This document shows positions 60,308-64,000 of a stretch of 64,000 nt of DNA, in pieces. How positions within the stretch are numbered: position 1 is the first letter of the stretch; every line of letters begins with the position of its first letter. Under the pieces are notes generated by a model, which was given only the letters and a program-made list of their open reading frames with translations, was not told the DNA's origin and searched no databases. A program made the position numbers and the translations under genes. This DNA is from an uncultured Chloroflexia bacterium. Lineage in GTDB: Bacteria; Chloroflexota; Limnocylindria; Limnocylindrales; CSP1-4. The stretch is taken from assembly GCA_963748625.1 (NCBI GenBank), contig CAVVJT010000010.1:32001-96000 (forward strand), read 5' to 3'.

Positions 60308-61515
60308 GCTGCGCTCCCCTCACCCGCGGAGGGGTCCTTCTTCTTGCCCCACGGGACCCGCGTGTCATCGAAGCGGTAGAGCACCCGCACGAGGCCGGGG
60401 GCCGCCACGAACATGATCACGAGGGCCTGGATGAACACGAGGAGGTCAAGCGGAATCCCGGTCTTGACCTGCATCAAGCCGCCGCCGGATCTCAACGCTC
60501 CGAAGAGCAGCGAGGCGGCCACGATTCCTGCTGGCCGGTTGCCGGCGAGCAGGGCCAGGGCGATGGCGTTGAACCCGAAGCCCGAGCTGATGTCGTTGGA
60601 CATCTGCGGGACGGTGCCCAGCACCTCCATCGAGCCGCCGAGGCCCGCGAGGCCACCCGAGAGGCTCATGGCCAGGATGATCGAGCCACTGGCGCTCATG
60701 CCTGCGTACTTGGCCGCGAACATGTTGAAGCCCGATGCCCGCAGCTCGTAGCCCTTGGTCGTCTTGAACAGGAACCAGGACACGATCGCGGCCATCACCA
60801 GGGCGACGATGAACCCGTAGTGGAGCCGGAGCGCTGCACCCGTCCCCAGGTCGATGATCAGCGGCACCCGGACGAAGTCCGAGAGGACCTTCGAGATCGG
60901 CTGGCCGGTGCCCTCCAGGCGGAGGAAGTCGCTGCGCAGGCCGAAGAGCACGATCTGGGCCGCGACGTAGTTGAGCATGATGGTCGTGATGACCTCGGAC
61001 GCGCCCGTCTTGGCCTTGAGCACACCCGGGATGAAGCCCCAGAAGGCGCCCGTGAGGACGCCGGCGAGGGTGGATGCGATCAGGATCACGGGGCCGGGCG
61101 AACCCTTGAGCGCGATCGCCATGACCGTGGCCCCGAACGCGCCGAGGACGAACTGGCCCTCGACGCCGATGTTGAACACGCCTGACCGGAACGAGATCGC
61201 CACGCCGAGGCCGCAGAAGATCAGCGGGGTCGCGGCGACCAGGGACTCAGTGATGGGCCGCAGGGCTGCGGCCACCTTGCGCGTGGATGGGTCGCCGAAC
61301 GCGGCAACGAACTTGGCCGGGTCGCCGAGGGCGCCGATCACCATCGAGGTGTAGGCGTTGGCGATGGTGCCCAAGGCACCGCCAATCGCGCCGAGCGGGT
61401 CGGTCCCGAGCTTGGAGAGGTTCTCGAAGTCGGTGATCAGGATGAAGATCGACCCGACGAGGAACGCGGTGACGATGGCGAGGATCGGGACCAGGAGCGG
61501 CTTGATGCGTCTCAA
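60304..61515 (-). CDS. Nucleoside/simple-sugar ABC transporter permease
   Basis: FRSGVFNIGVEGQ, EVITTIMLNY, GYELRASGFN, GFGFNAIALALL. Confidence 0.93.
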   Translation of the reverse strand: MRRIKPLLVPILAIVTAFLVGSIFILITDFENLSKLGTDPLGAIGGALGTIANAYTSMVIGALGDPAKFVAAFGDPSTRKVAAALRPITESLVAATPLIFCGLGVAISFRSGVFNIGVEGQFVLGAFGATVMAIALKGSPGPVILIASTLAGVLTGAFWGFIPGVLKAKTGASEVITTIMLNYVAAQIVLFGLRSDFLRLEGTGQPISKVLSDFVRVPLIIDLGTGAALRLHYGFIVALVMAAIVSWFLFKTTKGYELRASGFNMFAAKYAGMSASGSIILAMSLSGGLAGLGGSMEVLGTVPQMSNDISSGFGFNAIALALLAGNRPAGIVAASLLFGALRSGGGLMQVKTGIPLDLLVFIQALVIMFVAAPGLVRVLYRFDDTRVPWGKKKDPSAGEGSAA

Positions 61516-63017
61516 TGGACGCCTCCCATCAGCATGCCGACCTTCTCGTAGGTGGCGTCCTCGCCCTCCACGATGCCCACGATCTTGCCTCCCTGCATGA
61601 CCGCGACCCGGTCACCGACGGCGAGCACCTCCTCGAGCTCGGTGCTCACGATCAGCACGGCAGCGCCCTGGTCGCGCTGCTCCACCATCCGCTTGTGGAT
61701 GTACTCGATCGAGCCGACGTCCAGGCCGCGGGTGGGCTGGGATGCGACGACCAGCTTCACCGGGCGGCTGAACTCGCGCGCGACGACCACCTTCTGCTGG
61801 TTGCCACCCGACAGCGAGCCCGCGAAGGTCTCGATCGACGGTGTCCGGACGTCGTAGTTTGCGACAGCGGTCTCCGCCCCGGCCACGATGGCCTTGCGGT
61901 CGAGCCGCATGCCCTTGCTGTAGGGCTCGCGGTGGTACGTGTCGAGGATGAAGTTCTCGGCCACGGTCATCGCCCCGATCAGGCCGTCGCGCATCCGGTC
62001 CTCGGGCACGTGGGCAACGCCCAGGTCGCTCACCGTACGGGGCGACGCCTTCGTGGTGTCCTCACCGTCGATGGTGATCGTGCCGGACTCGACCGCACGG
62101 AGGCCCACGATGGCCTCGACGAGCTCGGTCTGCCCGTTGCCCTGCACGCCCGCGAGGGCGACGATCTCGCCTGCCCGCAGGTCGAGCGACACGCCCCTGA
62201 CCGCCATGTGCTCGCGGTCGTCGCGGACGTGGAGGTCCTTGATCGAGAGGATGACGTCCCTGGGGTCCGCGGGGCCCTTGACCACCTTGAGCTCCACGTC
62301 GCGGCCGACCATCAGGTTCGCCAGCAGCTCGCGGGTCGCCGTCTTGGGATTCGCGGTCCCGGCAACCTTGCCCCGTCGCAGGACCGTGATGTCGTCCGCG
62401 ACCTCGAGGACCTCGTTGAGCTTGTGGGTGATGAAGATGACCGTGGTGCCGGCGGCGGCGAGGCCGCGGATGATGCCGAACAGCTCCTCGGTCTCGAAGG
62501 GGGTGAGGACGGCGGACGGCTCGTCCAGCACCAGGATGTCGCTATGGCGGTAGAGCGCCTTGAGGATCTCCACCCGTTGGCGCACGCCCACGGGGAGGTC
62601 CTCGATCTTCGCGTCGGGGTTGACGTTGAGGTTGTACTGGGTGGAGAGGTCCATGACCTTCTGGCGCGCGACCTTGCGGTTGAACGTGCCGACCGGCCCG
62701 GAGACGTCCTCTGCGCCCAGGGCCACCGCCTCGACGACGTCGAAGACGGGGACGAGCTGGAAGTGCTGGTGGACCATGCCGATGCCCGCCTGGATCGCCT
62801 GGCGGGGGTCGTGGAAGGTGTGGGGGGTCCCGTCGATGATGATCTCGCCCGAGTCCGGCCGGTACAGGCCCGACAGGATGTTCATCAGCGTGCTCTTGCC
62901 GGCCCCGTTCTCCCCCAGCAGGCCGAGGACCTCCCCCCGGTCAGCCGAGATCGAGATCCGGTCGTTGGCGAGAACGCCCGGGAAGCGCTTCGTGATGTCC
63001 TTGAGCTCGAGGCGCAT
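61512..63017 (-). CDS. Nucleoside/simple-sugar ABC transporter ATP-binding protein
   Basis: KRFPGVLAND, GENGAGKST, GMVHQHF, LSGGNQQK, QPTRGLDVG; purine-rich RBS before MRLEL. Confidence 0.95.
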   Translation of the reverse strand: MRLELKDITKRFPGVLANDRISISADRGEVLGLLGENGAGKSTLMNILSGLYRPDSGEIIIDGTPHTFHDPRQAIQAGIGMVHQHFQLVPVFDVVEAVALGAEDVSGPVGTFNRKVARQKVMDLSTQYNLNVNPDAKIEDLPVGVRQRVEILKALYRHSDILVLDEPSAVLTPFETEELFGIIRGLAAAGTTVIFITHKLNEVLEVADDITVLRRGKVAGTANPKTATRELLANLMVGRDVELKVVKGPADPRDVILSIKDLHVRDDREHMAVRGVSLDLRAGEIVALAGVQGNGQTELVEAIVGLRAVESGTITIDGEDTTKASPRTVSDLGVAHVPEDRMRDGLIGAMTVAENFILDTYHREPYSKGMRLDRKAIVAGAETAVANYDVRTPSIETFAGSLSGGNQQKVVVAREFSRPVKLVVASQPTRGLDVGSIEYIHKRMVEQRDQGAAVLIVSTELEEVLAVGDRVAVMQGGKIVGIVEGEDATYEKVGMLMGGVH

Positions 63018-63046
63018 GGACCCCTCTCCCACCTTGCGATAAGCGA

Positions 63047-63079
63047 CCGCCCGCCCCCGGAGAGTCCGAGGGCGGGCGG
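63047..63079. terminator. Intercistronic hairpin after the substrate-binding gene (mRNA stabiliser or partial terminator)
   Basis: ccgcccgccc-ccgga-gag-tccga-gggcgggcgg. Confidence 0.6.
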
Positions 63080-63112
63080 AACGGTGCTACGTGGTGAGCG
63101 ACCGACTACTGC

Positions 63113-64000
63113 TTACTTGTAGTCGTTGATGTTGATGGCGCCGGACGCGATGTCCGCCTGCAGCTTCTCGGCCGCAGCGAGCAGCTCCGGGGAGACCGCG
63201 GCCTCGAGCTCGTGGAACGGGGAGATCGCAACGCCACCGTTGGCCAGGGTGCCGACGAAGTTCTCGCCACCCATGTCGCCACCGGCGTTCTTCTTGATGA
63301 CCTCGAGGACCGCGACGTCGATCCGCTTCTCGGACGAGGTCAGGATCGCCGACGCGAACTCGGGCAGGGTGAGCGCCTGGTCGGAGTCGACGCCGATCGC
63401 CCACTTGCCGGCCGCGGCCATGGCCTTGAGGGTGCCGTTGCCGGTGGAGCCGGCGACCGGGTGGACGATGTCCGCGCCCTGGTCCATGAAGGTCTGCGCC
63501 AGCTGCTCGCCCTTGGCGGGGTCACCCCAGGGGTTGTCGCCGCCGACGAAGGTGCCGGTCTGGTTCTTGGCATCCCAGCCGAGGACCTTGACGTCCGTGC
63601 TGTTCTGCTCGTTGTAGATGTTGGCGCCCTCGACGAGGCCGTCCATGAAGCGGGTCACGCCGGGGAACTGGGCGCCGCCGTACGTCGCGAGGACGCCGGT
63701 CTTGCTGACGCCGGAGGCAATGTAGCCTGCGACCGCGGAGGCCTCATCGATCTGGAAGTCCAGGCCGGTGAAGTTGGCGGGCGTCGGGCCGTTGGTCGCC
63801 TCGTCCCAGGTCGCGTCGACCTGCGCGAAGGCGATGTCCGTGTTGGCGAGCGTCGCCTCGACGGTCGCCTGGCCCTGGGTGAAGCCCACGGTGACGATCG
63901 ACTGGCAGCCCTCGTCGATGAGGCGCTGGATGTTCGCGGCGTAGTCCGTCGCGCCGGAGGCCTCGGCGTAGGCAACCGTGTAGCCGGCAGCCTCGGCGTC
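63113..64000 (-). CDS. BMP-family ABC substrate-binding protein (N-terminus outside window)
   Basis: Frame open to the window end; IVTVGF, GADIVHPVAGSTG, AIGVDSDQ, ILTSSEKRID. Confidence 0.92.
   Translation of the reverse strand, partial: DAEAAGYTVAYAEASGATDYAANIQRLIDEGCQSIVTVGFTQGQATVEATLANTDIAFAQVDATWDEATNGPTPANFTGLDFQIDEASAVAGYIASGVSKTGVLATYGGAQFPGVTRFMDGLVEGANIYNEQNSTDVKVLGWDAKNQTGTFVGGDNPWGDPAKGEQLAQTFMDQGADIVHPVAGSTGNGTLKAMAAAGKWAIGVDSDQALTLPEFASAILTSSEKRIDVAVLEVIKKNAGGDMGGENFVGTLANGGVAISPFHELEAAVSPELLAAAEKLQADIASGAININDYK

Overview
A very GC-rich (roughly 72% by eye) bacterial chromosomal window made mostly of core genes. The gene content, Gram-positive-type LexA boxes and many leaderless starts suggest Chloroflexota or an actinobacteria-like lineage (inference). 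The left third is a DNA repair and replication neighbourhood: uvrA and uvrB, each with a GAAC-N4-GTTC SOS box, then coaE, an ABC-F ATPase, mutM, an MFS transporter and polA. The middle holds a 2370-aa secreted multidomain protein, a BaeRS-like two-component system, a divergent glmS, argG and an ECF sigma factor. The sigma gene is followed by TWO tandem anti-sigma-like genes that share a 448-bp near-identical 5' half but have unrelated 3' halves. tRNA-Leu(CAA) is followed by a small accessory islet: an EEP nuclease fusion, an alpha/beta hydrolase with Ser->Leu at the nucleophile, a hypothetical protein and TerB. The right part has dnaE, a LuxR-STAND/secreted protein/DUF4242/NmrA module, prolyl oligopeptidase, NDH-2, a frameshifted zincin, an MtrAB-like system with a GerMN lipoprotein, and a nucleoside ABC transporter operon with two nucleoside hydrolases. 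Four long intergenic regions each pair a ~125-220 bp REP/MITE-like cassette with a short GC-rich tandem repeat. I saw no CRISPR array, rRNA, integrase or transposase. All calls were made by eye, without database searches.
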